Positions 8,204 to 15,960 of a stretch of DNA of 39,261 bases are shown one piece after another. Made by a program: the position numbers and the translations under genes. The stretch spans positions 1 to 39,261 of the forward strand of contig PFPK01000046.1 of NCBI GenBank assembly GCA_002793015.1, in the 5' to 3' direction. This DNA is from Candidatus Magasanikbacteria bacterium CG_4_10_14_0_2_um_filter_37_12 (GTDB lineage: Bacteria > Patescibacteriota > Patescibacteriia > Magasanikbacterales > UBA922). Under the pieces are notes generated by a model. It was not told the DNA's origin and did not search any database. It was given only the letters and a program-made list of their open reading frames with translations. Numbering within the stretch: position 1 is the stretch's first letter; every line of letters begins with the position of its first letter.

Positions 8204-8312
8204 ATATTTTGATTACTAATATGATGTTTAAATAAATTTTATCAAATTTATGATAAAAAGTACAGCCCTCGTCAGTTTGAACATCTCACCTCTATAATTA
8301 AATGTTCAAATT

Positions 8313-8342
8313 AAAAAATTCGCTATGGCAAGCGAATTTTTA
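8313..8342 (-). terminator. Intrinsic terminator downstream of the tRNA-Asn gene
   Basis: The stem pairs aaaattcgct (8315..8324) with agcgaatttt (8331..8340) around a 6-nt loop. A U-run follows on the minus strand. Confidence 0.55.
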
Positions 8343-8359
8343 AAGTTTTCTAACTTTTG

Positions 8360-8742
8360 CTCGGTGGGCGAGATTCGAACTCGCGACCAATTGGTTACAC
8401 TTGTCTTCTGGTTTCCCAAAAGGATGGACTATATTATCACCCTTGCCAAAAATCTCGATTTGACCGAGAAGCGTGTGGGTGCGAGGCGCTTCCCCACCCC
8501 GATGAACATCAGGGGAGTACTCCCTTAAAGGGATAGTCTCTGAACCTTCCTTTTCATGTCTCACACTACGCCAGAAATCTATCCGCAACGTCAAGAAATG
8601 AAAAGGCTTGGCTGCTGATTACCCACTCTGCATAACAGAGTTCAGGCTTCCAGCAGTTCACCTCGTTATCATCCCGATATTACTATCGGGAGCTGCTATA
8701 TATTGTTTACAGCCAACTGCTCTACCACTGAGCTACCACCGA
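8360..8742 (-). tRNA. tRNA-Asn(GUU) interrupted by a group I intron in the anticodon loop; no encoded CCA
   Basis: Exon 1 (8742..8709) reads TCGGTGG TA GCTC AGTGGTA GAGC A GTTGG CTGT. Exon 2 (8397..8360) reads TAA CCAAT TGGTC GCGAG TTCGAAT CTCGC CCACCGA G. Joined, they form a 72-nt cloverleaf with the loop CT-GTT-AA, a U1-A72 pair and a G73 discriminator, as in E. coli and B. subtilis tRNA-Asn. Confidence 0.85.
8398..8708 (-). ncRNA. Group I self-splicing intron (311 nt, no ORF), resembling the cyanobacterial tRNA-Leu-type (IC3-like) introns
   Basis: P1 pairs exon GGCUGU with the intron guide GCAGCU, with a terminal U.G pair. P2 is CCCGAUA-GUAA-UAUCGGG. P4 is CUGCUG/CAGCAG, P5 is CUCUG/CAGAG, and P6 is CCUUUUCAU/AUGAAAAGG. 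The conserved blocks CAGCCAAGCC, GGUUCAGAGACUA (P7) and AUAUAGUCC (P7') are present. The intron ends in G (..AAGUG). Confidence 0.8.
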
Positions 8743-8823
8743 ATATGTCGTATGATCTTTTGTATAAAAAGGTCGGATATATAATACTAAAAAATATACA
8801 AGATGTCAATAGATTTTTAAGAT

Positions 8824-8852
8824 AAAAAATCTTACTATGTTAGTAAGATTTT
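8824..8852 (-). terminator. Intrinsic terminator after rlmN
   Basis: A 12-bp stem pairs aaaatcttacta with tagtaagatttt around a 3-nt loop. A T-run follows on the minus strand. Confidence 0.55.
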
Positions 8853-8931
8853 GGCTATTTTTTATCAAAGCACTTGAACTTTGTACGATAGGCTTCCAGA
8901 TAAAACATTGTCCATTCAGCCAAAGGTTTTG

Positions 8932-9945
8932 CTAATTATTCTTCTCCCCAACCAACTGTCCACAAGCAGCATTAATATCTGTACCAAAAGTTTGGCGCTG
9001 AGTAACTCTGACTCCTGCTCTCATCAGAATATTCATAAATTTTTTAATAGCCACTGGGGTTGAGGAACGAAATTTCCCGGTCGGATTGTAGCGAATCAAA
9101 TTCACCATATATAAAGGACGATTGATCAGTTTCGCCAACTGTTTGGCGTGGTACTCACTATCATTCACTCCATCGATCATCAGGTACTCAAACATCACTT
9201 GCCTTGATTTCTCATCAACATAATTTCTAATAGCACTCATCAGTTCATCCAATGAATATTTTGTATTGACAGGCATGAGCTCTGAACGAAGTTTGTCATT
9301 TGGAGCATGGAGTGAAATCGCCAGGTTAACTTGCATCTTCTCTTTGGTAAATTTGTTGATTTGTGGTACTAGTCCACAAGTGGAGACAGAGATATGCCGT
9401 GCTCCGATATTGAATCTCTCCTTATTATTGAGAGTCCTTATCGACTCCATGACATTGTTATAATTTAAAAAAGGCTCGCCCATCCCCATAAAGACAACGT
9501 TGGTCACTCGAACAGGCCTTTTACCAGTGTCGTTGTTTAAATATCTCTGCCAAAACAAAACTTGCTCGACTATCTCGGTAACTTCTAAATTTCTCTTGTA
9601 GCCTAGCTTGCCAGTGGCACAAAAGCTACATCGCATTGGACAACCTACTTGAGAAGATACACAGACTGTTGCTCTGCCATCACGATGTTTTAATAAAACT
9701 GTCTCGATAACACTTAGATCATCAAGGCATATAAGGGCTTTAACAGTATCAGTATTTTTTGAACCTGATATTTTGGCTTTTATTTTTAGCTGGCATTCAC
9801 TATTCAATGATTCCCGCAAAGTCAAAGGAAGAGTTGTGTTGTCATTCCAGTCAGAAATTAGATCCACAAAAATTGCTTTATAGGCTTGCTTAAAACGGAA
9901 TTTTGGCTCATTTGCTAAGATAATTTTGAGATTGTCTAGGTTCAT
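8932..9945 (-). CDS. rlmN: 23S rRNA/tRNA (adenine-C2)-methyltransferase, radical SAM (RlmN)
   Basis: The radical-SAM cluster motif CPMRCSFCATG is present, together with VFMGMGEPFLN and ISLHAP. The length is 337 aa. Confidence 0.85.
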   Translation of the reverse strand: MNLDNLKIILANEPKFRFKQAYKAIFVDLISDWNDNTTLPLTLRESLNSECQLKIKAKISGSKNTDTVKALICLDDLSVIETVLLKHRDGRATVCVSSQVGCPMRCSFCATGKLGYKRNLEVTEIVEQVLFWQRYLNNDTGKRPVRVTNVVFMGMGEPFLNYNNVMESIRTLNNKERFNIGARHISVSTCGLVPQINKFTKEKMQVNLAISLHAPNDKLRSELMPVNTKYSLDELMSAIRNYVDEKSRQVMFEYLMIDGVNDSEYHAKQLAKLINRPLYMVNLIRYNPTGKFRSSTPVAIKKFMNILMRAGVRVTQRQTFGTDINAACGQLVGEKNN

Positions 9946-10002
9946 AGAAAGATTTGCTGATTGGTATTTCTATCCGAAAAAATATTTGGTTTAAGACCTT
10001 TC

Positions 10003-10031
10003 AGAATAGCATGATAGAAGATCATTGTCAA
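10003..10031 (-). promoter_or_regulatory. Candidate sigma70-type promoter for rlmN
   Basis: On the minus strand: TTGACA (10031..10026), a 17-nt spacer, then TATTCT (10008..10003). It lies about 58 nt upstream of the start codon. Confidence 0.4.
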
Positions 10032-10224
10032 TCTGAACGCATCAAGTGTCAAACCAAAGTTAAAATGTCATAGTTTGAGCTTTTTTAAAATGTCATACTT
10101 GGTTATTTTTGGCTGAAATAAAAAGAAAAATAGGTATTTAACCTACTTTTTTTTGTGTCGAGCTCGCATACGGGGAGAGCTTCAGAACTTTTTTTAGCTA
10201 GTTGCAGATAAATTTTATCTAAAA

Positions 10225-10497
10225 TTACAGATTTTTATAAATATCGTGTTTACCTATTGAAATAAACAAAATATCACCATTTTTTTGACGTTTGAAAATT
10301 GTTCTATAATTTTTATTTAGTGATATTGACCATAGAAAATTCAAGTCGCCATGTAATTGATGAAGTCTGAGAGAGTGATGAAGAGGATTGAGTCTAAATA
10401 TTTTTTCTTTCTTTTCAAATATATTCAATATATCTGGTGATAATTTTTTTGCCTCCTTCAAAAATGACGGTGCATAAAAAACATTATTTACTATCAT
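10225..10497 (-). CDS. Type II toxin, RelE/ParE superfamily (YafQ/HigB-like mRNA interferase)
   Basis: The 90-aa ORF has the pattern HSLRLHQLHGDLNFLWSISLNKNYRTIF...ILFISIGKHDIY. It overlaps the upstream antitoxin ORF by 14 nt. Confidence 0.65.
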   Translation of the reverse strand: MIVNNVFYAPSFLKEAKKLSPDILNIFEKKEKIFRLNPLHHSLRLHQLHGDLNFLWSISLNKNYRTIFKRQKNGDILFISIGKHDIYKNL

Positions 10498-10729
10498 ATA
10501 TCTTCAATGCTTCAGTGATAGACGCAGCCTGTATGCACTTTCCTTCCTCATAATCTCTCTCAGTTTCTTCTACATCTTTTAAAAGCTGTGCAACGCTAAT
10601 CACGTCATTATCAGCTTCAAATAAATATTTTATATAACTGGAAACAGATGCAAAGCCTTTTTGTTTCGCTTTTTTTTTAATTTCTTTTGTTGTTTGTTGT
10701 GGCAGTGATAAACTCAATACTTGACGCAT
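10484..10729 (-). CDS. Type II antitoxin, probable ribbon-helix-helix
   Basis: The 81-aa ORF has an N-terminal RHH-like segment (VLSLSLPQQTTKEIKKKAKQKGFASVSSYIKYLF) and an acidic C-terminus. It lies immediately upstream of the toxin. Confidence 0.6.
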   Translation of the reverse strand: MRQVLSLSLPQQTTKEIKKKAKQKGFASVSSYIKYLFEADNDVISVAQLLKDVEETERDYEEGKCIQAASITEALKIYDSK

Positions 10730-10752
10730 ATATTTTGATTAATAATATACCT

Positions 10753-10780
10753 ACATTGTAATACATATGTAATACAATGT
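10753..10780. promoter_or_regulatory. Candidate TA operator: tandem/inverted TGTAATACA repeats
   Basis: The sequence ACATTGTAATACAT|ATGTAATACAATGT is a 14-bp inverted repeat with one mismatch. It lies 24 to 51 nt upstream of the antitoxin start. Confidence 0.45.
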
Positions 10781-10803
10781 CAATGATACTTATTCACATC
10801 CAC

Positions 10804-10835
10804 AAAAAATATGACTAATTTTAGTCATATTTTTT
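10804..10835 (-). terminator. Intrinsic (bidirectional-looking) terminator after the SWIM gene
   Basis: The stem pairs aaatatgacta with tagtcatattt around a 4-nt loop. It is flanked by A6 and T6 runs. Confidence 0.55.
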
Positions 10836-10882
10836 AGCTCGTGGTTTGCGGGCATTGTTGAAAATAGCGGTGTTAATTTTTT

Positions 10883-11629
10883 TCATTCATCAAATCCTTC
10901 GTCCACTATCTTTACTAATGGTTCTTCCCAATCAAAACAGGTTTGTACACCACATAAATTTTCAAAAGCTGACACACAAAGGTCATCCATGTGAGCATAT
11001 TCTTGGAGAAGAACAACCACTTCTGTCATAAACCCGCCCACGGTACCATCTGAATCATCTACCCCGCCAGTGCATAATTTTTTGTCTAGACGCAAAAGTA
11101 AATTAACCAATAATTTTGCCGTCTGCTCACTTACCGGTAATGTTGATACAATATGTGATAGACGATTGACACCCTCTGCAAGAGAATCTTGATACACAAA
11201 CCAAATTCTAGATGGGCCACTATACGACTTGATATATTTCATCGCCGAGGTAATTGATTTTTTTAGTGTTAGCAAATCTTCTTTGTCCAATTCACCATAA
11301 TTACCGCTACATTTTGGACTAGTAATAATTTCCTTATCTTCTTGTTTTAATTTTTCACCGTCTAAAACTGCATAGATAGATACGGCTACTATATGTTTGC
11401 AAAGCGTATCTCTTTGACCAAGATAACAATTACAAGTAGCTAAACCATAACGACGAGCCTCTATTGAAACTCTGTACGGTTGGGTACCAAGTACTACAGC
11501 ATTATAAGAACCGATCCTTTCTTTAAACTGAGTTACTTTTCCGTTTTCATACAAATTAATGGCTCTTTCAAAAGTTTGTTTATCTGTAGCAAATTTAATT
11601 TTATTTATATCATATGCTGGTTTTTGCAT
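10883..11629 (-). CDS. SWIM zinc-finger domain protein
   Basis: CNCYLGQRDTLCKHIVAV fits the SWIM signature CxCx(n)CxH. The ORF is 248 aa with no other recognisable domain. Confidence 0.65.
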   Translation of the reverse strand: MQKPAYDINKIKFATDKQTFERAINLYENGKVTQFKERIGSYNAVVLGTQPYRVSIEARRYGLATCNCYLGQRDTLCKHIVAVSIYAVLDGEKLKQEDKEIITSPKCSGNYGELDKEDLLTLKKSITSAMKYIKSYSGPSRIWFVYQDSLAEGVNRLSHIVSTLPVSEQTAKLLVNLLLRLDKKLCTGGVDDSDGTVGGFMTEVVVLLQEYAHMDDLCVSAFENLCGVQTCFDWEEPLVKIVDEGFDE

Positions 11630-11655
11630 ACTATCTATCTTAATTTTCTGATACT

Positions 11656-11729
11656 TGGCTCGCGGGCAGGGATTCGAACCCCGATAGTCAGGACCAAAAC
11701 CTGAAGTCCTACCTTTAGACGACCCGCGA
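11656..11729 (-). tRNA. tRNA-Gln(UUG), CCA encoded
   Basis: The cloverleaf reads TCGCGGG TC GTCT AAAGGTA GGAC T TCAGG TTTTGGT CCTGA CTAT CGGGG TTCGAAT CCCTG CCCGCGA G CCA. It has U1-A72 and G73, as in E. coli tRNA-Gln. Confidence 0.85.
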
Positions 11730-11843
11730 ATATTTATTGTAAGTGACCTAAATTCTCCATCAAACTTGTCCGCTTATGTTGGCGGAGCGGAACGATCCAC
11801 AAACAAACTAGTACTAATTACAGATTACCAGTTACCAACGTCT

Positions 11844-12752
11844 TTAGACCTTCAAATGTCTCCTAATAGCCAATATGCTAGAAAACAAGGTGAGCAAAAG
11901 TACTACCCCAAACTGGACACCAACGAGCAATATTATATTGTCTAAGTAGTAATTTGTCAAGAAGGCTGTTTTGTTGAATATAACCCCCACGTATGGATCT
12001 ATGAAGCTTATAATGAAGAGAACCAATGAGAAAGTAACAGCTGTGCTAACAACACTAAAAATCAAAGACTCCACCAGGAATGGGCCACGCACAAACCAAT
12101 TAGTGGCTCCAACAAGTTTTTTGATACTAATTTCGATTCTCTGGGTATAGATAGCAATGCGTATAGTGTTGAAGATAATAAGGAAAGCAATAATACCGAA
12201 AAAGGTGCTAAGAGCAATAGTAAAACGCTCAACCTGGGTAGTAATATTATCAATCTTACGAATTGCCACTTCTGTATCAGTAAAAGTCTTTGACTCTATA
12301 ATATTCTCATACTCAGGAATATTGAGAGCTGCAATAATATTGGGATAATCAGAAGGCACACGAGTCTTAATGACCGTGGTCGGTCCTAATGGGTTTTCGT
12401 CTAATTCATCGAGGGATGCTAATATTTCCTCATTTCCAGCGTGCGTTTTTTTGAAATCATCAAGCACTTGTTCACTGCTATAAAAAGTAACCTCAACAAC
12501 TTCTGGAAAAGAGTTTATATATTCAGTCACTTCCTTTATCTCTTCGTCAGTAGAATCAGCATTAAAATAAATACTAACATCAATTTGATCTTTGATAGAT
12601 TGTGTAGCCTGATTTGTCAAAATTTGAATGACAAACAATGTATTCACTGATAACAACATTAGAATCAAAATCAAAATCGTCATGAGTGAAAGACCAAAAT
12701 TACGACCAATATCTTGAAGAGCAAATTTTATAATACGTAAAAATGAAAACAT
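11844..12752 (-). CDS. ftsX: Cell-division ABC transporter permease FtsX
   Basis: The 302-aa ORF has an N-terminal TM, a large extracytoplasmic loop and three C-terminal TMs. It starts 6 nt downstream of ftsE. Confidence 0.8.
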   Translation of the reverse strand: MFSFLRIIKFALQDIGRNFGLSLMTILILILMLLSVNTLFVIQILTNQATQSIKDQIDVSIYFNADSTDEEIKEVTEYINSFPEVVEVTFYSSEQVLDDFKKTHAGNEEILASLDELDENPLGPTTVIKTRVPSDYPNIIAALNIPEYENIIESKTFTDTEVAIRKIDNITTQVERFTIALSTFFGIIAFLIIFNTIRIAIYTQRIEISIKKLVGATNWFVRGPFLVESLIFSVVSTAVTFSLVLFIISFIDPYVGVIFNKTAFLTNYYLDNIILLVGVQFGVVLLLTLFSSILAIRRHLKV

Positions 12753-12758
12753 AAATTT

Positions 12759-13451
12759 TTAATGCTTTTTACTTAAATTATATTTTCCATGTTCTTCATC
12801 AGAAATAACCTTACCATTCTGAAGAGTAATAACTCTGCGCCTAAGTTGATTGACTATCTCACGATTGTGAGTAACCAAAAGAATGGTTGTGCCAAATTCA
12901 TTTATTTTTTTTAAAATTTCCATTATTTCTTGGGTATTAATGGAGTCCAAATTGCCAGTTGGTTCATCTGCCACAAGTATCTTCGGCCGATGAACTAAAG
13001 ACCTAGCTATAACTACTCTTTGTTGTTCACCACCAGACATCTGGTGTGGATAACGAGCACCCTTATGCCCCAAACCAACAATATCAAGCACTCGAGGCAC
13101 GACTTCACGAATTCTTGAACCAGACTCCCCTGCCACTTGGAGAGCAAAGGCAACGTTTTCGGTGACAGTCTTTTTTGGCAGTAATTTGAAATCTTGAAAA
13201 ATAACTCCAATCTGACGACGAAGCAGCGGAATATCGTGATAAGAAATTCGAGAAATATCCCATCCGCCAATTTCAATTTTGCCGGCTGACGGTCTTTCTT
13301 CAGCAATAATCAATTTAACAAGAGTAGTCTTGCCAGTGCCACTCTGACCGACAACAGAGACAAACTCTCCAGTGCCAATGTGTATATTAACATCATCGAC
13401 TCCAACGCTATCTCTACTATATTGTTTGGAAATTCCAGTGAGTGAAATCAT
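12759..13451 (-). CDS. ftsE: Cell-division ABC transporter ATPase FtsE
   Basis: It has Walker A GQSGTGKTT, the ABC signature MSGGEQQR and Walker B ILVADEPTGNLD. The length is 230 aa. Confidence 0.9.
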   Translation of the reverse strand: MISLTGISKQYSRDSVGVDDVNIHIGTGEFVSVVGQSGTGKTTLVKLIIAEERPSAGKIEIGGWDISRISYHDIPLLRRQIGVIFQDFKLLPKKTVTENVAFALQVAGESGSRIREVVPRVLDIVGLGHKGARYPHQMSGGEQQRVVIARSLVHRPKILVADEPTGNLDSINTQEIMEILKKINEFGTTILLVTHNREIVNQLRRRVITLQNGKVISDEEHGKYNLSKKH

Positions 13452-13651
13452 AGATATAAATTAATTTTGACCGCAAGAAAAAATCTTTAGAAAGTAAGAT
13501 AATAAATTCCCTACAGTAAAAATTCTAGCACTGACCATGCCAGAACAACCAACGAACTGACAAGAAATTACAATGGTTTTTATTATAACATATTTGCAAA
13601 AACAAAAAAATAGGTTTGTCCTACTTTATCAAATCTGCTTAAAAAATAATG

Positions 13652-13724
13652 AGCCCACGAGCAGGATCGAACTGCTGACCTATGCGTTACGAATGCATTG
13701 CTCTACCAACTGAGCTACGCGGGC
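13652..13724 (-). tRNA. tRNA-Thr(CGU), CCA not encoded
   Basis: The cloverleaf reads GCCCGCG TA GCTC AGTTGGTA GAGC A ATGCA TTCGTAA CGCAT AGGTC AGCAG TTCGATC CTGCT CGTGGGC T. It has one A.C mismatch at positions 31-39. Confidence 0.8.
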
Positions 13725-13786
13725 GCTTAAGTGTTCTACTTCAGCCAGAGTCATTGATTAGAAAGCTATGATGGCCTGTGTAAGGG

Positions 13787-14128
13787 CTATTTTAACTCGA
13801 GACGAGGAATAATGTCAATCATTGGCTCTTCGTACGGGTGATCCATTCTAACGGCTTCTACGACACGTAAGAGATCATCTTCGTGGCAAATAACTTCCAC
13901 AACCATCTCATCCACATGTTCAATTTTTCCTATTTTACCGATAGCGGGATTAGCCCCGGCTAGTGGTCGAAAACTACCAGACACTGGATACACATATGTA
14001 CAATAGTCATAGTTGCCAATTTTTCCAGCACCATTCTCTCCCAAGACTTCTTTTATCTTTTCTACAAATTCTTTTGGGAGTACAATTTTTAATTTAAAAT
14101 ATTTTGATTGAGTTAACATAATATGCAA
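13787..14128 (-). CDS. Small conserved hypothetical protein resembling the PII-like insert domain of NIF3/YqfO proteins
   Basis: The 113-aa ORF contains GKIGNYDYCTY...SFRPLAGANPAIGKIGKIEHV...HPYEEP. The HPYEEP motif is typical of that family. This assignment comes from memory only. Confidence 0.4.
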   Translation of the reverse strand: MHIMLTQSKYFKLKIVLPKEFVEKIKEVLGENGAGKIGNYDYCTYVYPVSGSFRPLAGANPAIGKIGKIEHVDEMVVEVICHEDDLLRVVEAVRMDHPYEEPMIDIIPRLELK

Positions 14129-14254
14129 GATGCAAGATGCACCAGCGTTATTTACAGTTTTAATTATAAACCACCATACTTTTGCTTAAAAACAAGAACT
14201 CTCTAGAACAACCTGTCCGCCAAATTGAAAGATTGGTTACAATATCACTATAAA

Positions 14255-14285
14255 TATAATCCTTGCTAAATAGCAAGGATTATAT
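14255..14285 (-). terminator. Candidate terminator after the PPIase gene
   Basis: A 13 to 14-bp stem pairs atataatccttgct with agcaaggattatat around a 4-nt loop. The downstream T-run is weak. Confidence 0.45.
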
Positions 14286-14307
14286 AGAAAAAATTATAAG
14301 ACAAATC

Positions 14308-15429
14308 TTAACCTTGAATGCCTGTTTCTGCATTTTCATCAATCAACAACTCATCTGTGTTTGTAGTATCTTGTGCTTCCTGAACTTCTTGCTGTGGGGC
14401 TGGTTCATCAAATAAGCCTTCAAAAGGATTGTGAACATCCGCTAAAATTTCAATTTTAGCATCACGAATTTGTGATTCTAAGAAAGCATTAAAATCTTTG
14501 ATAATTTTTTGATCAATAACCTGAATAATGTGATAACCAAATTCTGTCTCCACTAATTCAGGATTTAATTCTCCTGGTTGAAGAGAGAAAGCCACGTTTT
14601 CAAACTCAGGGACCATCATTCCTTTACTAAACCATCCCAAATCTCCGCCATTATCTTTGGTGCTGTCAGATCCATACTGAGCAGCTAGTTCAGCAAAATC
14701 TTCACCATTTTTTATTCTGTCCAAAACTGCCTGTGCTTCTGATTTCAATTCTACTTTATCTTTATCATCAGAAAACATAAATAAGATATGGCGAGCATTT
14801 GTCTGTTCTGAACTGAATTCACTTCCAAATTGATCACTGCTAGTAGCAAATGCCCCAGACAATTTTTGTTCCAAAACTATTGGGCGAATTATTCTGTCAA
14901 CAAAAGTTTCTAGTTTCCACCCAAAGGTCTTTTTAATTTCTTGTTTGGCAGTATCTTCGTCTGGAAACTGTGACATCATTGCTTCCTTAGCATCGGTGAT
15001 GTCCTGGTCTTCCACAACCGTATTGTATTGTGTAGCAAAATTAACAATCAAGCGATTGACCATCAAACGACTAAGTGCTTGATCAGAAATTTGTTCTGCC
15101 GTAGGTGTCGGTGTTCCATTTTTGTCTTGAGTAGCATAAAATAAACTAAGAGATTTTTTGTCCATCACATAATCCGTATATGCGACATTCAATCCATTTA
15201 TTTTGGCTACAGGAACATGAAAAAACTCTGCACTACGAAGCGTAAAATCCGACTCTGACAAACTGTGAACAGAATTTATAGTCACAAAATAACTACCAAT
15301 AAGCCCAAGTAACACTACAACTAACACTCCCAATATAAATGTTTTTAATACAGAATTTGGCTGTTTTTTTACAGTCTTTGAGTCTGATGGTGTATTTTCT
15401 GTTGGCATTTTGCGTGTTTCTTCTTCCAT
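14308..15429 (-). CDS. Membrane-anchored parvulin-type peptidyl-prolyl isomerase (PrsA/SurA-like)
   Basis: An N-terminal TM is followed by a PpiC domain: ARHILFMF...GGDLGWFSKGMMVPEFENVAF...GYHIIQV. Confidence 0.8.
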   Translation of the reverse strand: MEEETRKMPTENTPSDSKTVKKQPNSVLKTFILGVLVVVLLGLIGSYFVTINSVHSLSESDFTLRSAEFFHVPVAKINGLNVAYTDYVMDKKSLSLFYATQDKNGTPTPTAEQISDQALSRLMVNRLIVNFATQYNTVVEDQDITDAKEAMMSQFPDEDTAKQEIKKTFGWKLETFVDRIIRPIVLEQKLSGAFATSSDQFGSEFSSEQTNARHILFMFSDDKDKVELKSEAQAVLDRIKNGEDFAELAAQYGSDSTKDNGGDLGWFSKGMMVPEFENVAFSLQPGELNPELVETEFGYHIIQVIDQKIIKDFNAFLESQIRDAKIEILADVHNPFEGLFDEPAPQQEVQEAQDTTNTDELLIDENAETGIQG

Positions 15430-15484
15430 AAAATATTAATTAAAATTTATTTTTTAAAAACTAGTGACAAATTATATATGAATT

Positions 15485-15889
15485 CTAATGTATAAAATAA
15501 TACCACCATTGGGCTGGATTGTCCAAATTCTCTTCTGGGGATAGATCTTGGTTGTTCACAATGTTCTTTGTTATATATCCTTCATCACGCTGTGGAAAGG
15601 CTATCACATTTTCGCCTGGCTTTTTTAGATTTAACTCTGTTCTGGCCTTTTCTTCCACAAATGAGGGACTCATGACGTACTTGAGAATCTCCAGAGACTC
15701 TATTTTTTTCTTTTCCAACTTTTTGACCTGATCTTGCAAACTCTGTATTTCTTGTCGGATAGTATAATCCTGATAATACGCTCTCGCATAGCTAAAAGCA
15801 ACAAGAATAGTGACAACAAGAGCTATAACCAAAAAAAGGCGTGATCCAAAAAAACGCTTGAAACCATTTTTGTCTATGTTTCTTGGCAT
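15485..15889 (-). CDS. Septum formation initiator (FtsB/DivIC-like)
   Basis: The 134-aa ORF has one TM followed by a coiled coil (IRQEIQSLQDQVKKLEKKKIESLE) and ...EEKARTELNLKKPGENV. Confidence 0.6.
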   Translation of the reverse strand: MPRNIDKNGFKRFFGSRLFLVIALVVTILVAFSYARAYYQDYTIRQEIQSLQDQVKKLEKKKIESLEILKYVMSPSFVEEKARTELNLKKPGENVIAFPQRDEGYITKNIVNNQDLSPEENLDNPAQWWYYFIH

Positions 15890-15960
15890 ACTTATTTACA
15901 AGTATAACATTTTTTTTGTTTTTTAAGAAATGATTTTTTAAAAAATCCATAACATAACCA

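Noticed and set aside
8325-8594. ORFs 8325..8528 (+) and 8340..8594 (-) inside the tRNA intron, considered as a possible homing endonuclease.
   Set aside because: They are only 67 and 84 aa, with no LAGLIDADG, GIY-YIG, HNH or His-Cys motifs. They lie across the paired core (P6-P9) of the group I intron and are most simply chance ORFs in structured RNA.
8698-8742. Reading the uninterrupted 5' half as tRNA-Tyr (loop CTGTAAA, anticodon GTA), or splicing after U33 to give tRNA-Thr(UGU).
   Set aside because: No complementary 3' anticodon-stem strand follows the CTGTAAA loop. The intron guide GCAGCU pairs with GGCUGU and not with the alternative exon end. U1-A72/G73 and the GGCUGUUAACC context fit tRNA-Asn.
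14119-14145. Short tandem ATGCAAG repeat (about 2.7 copies) near 14122..14141, straddling the start of the 13787..14128 gene.
   Set aside because: It is too short and isolated to be a meaningful repeat element and is likely a chance occurrence.
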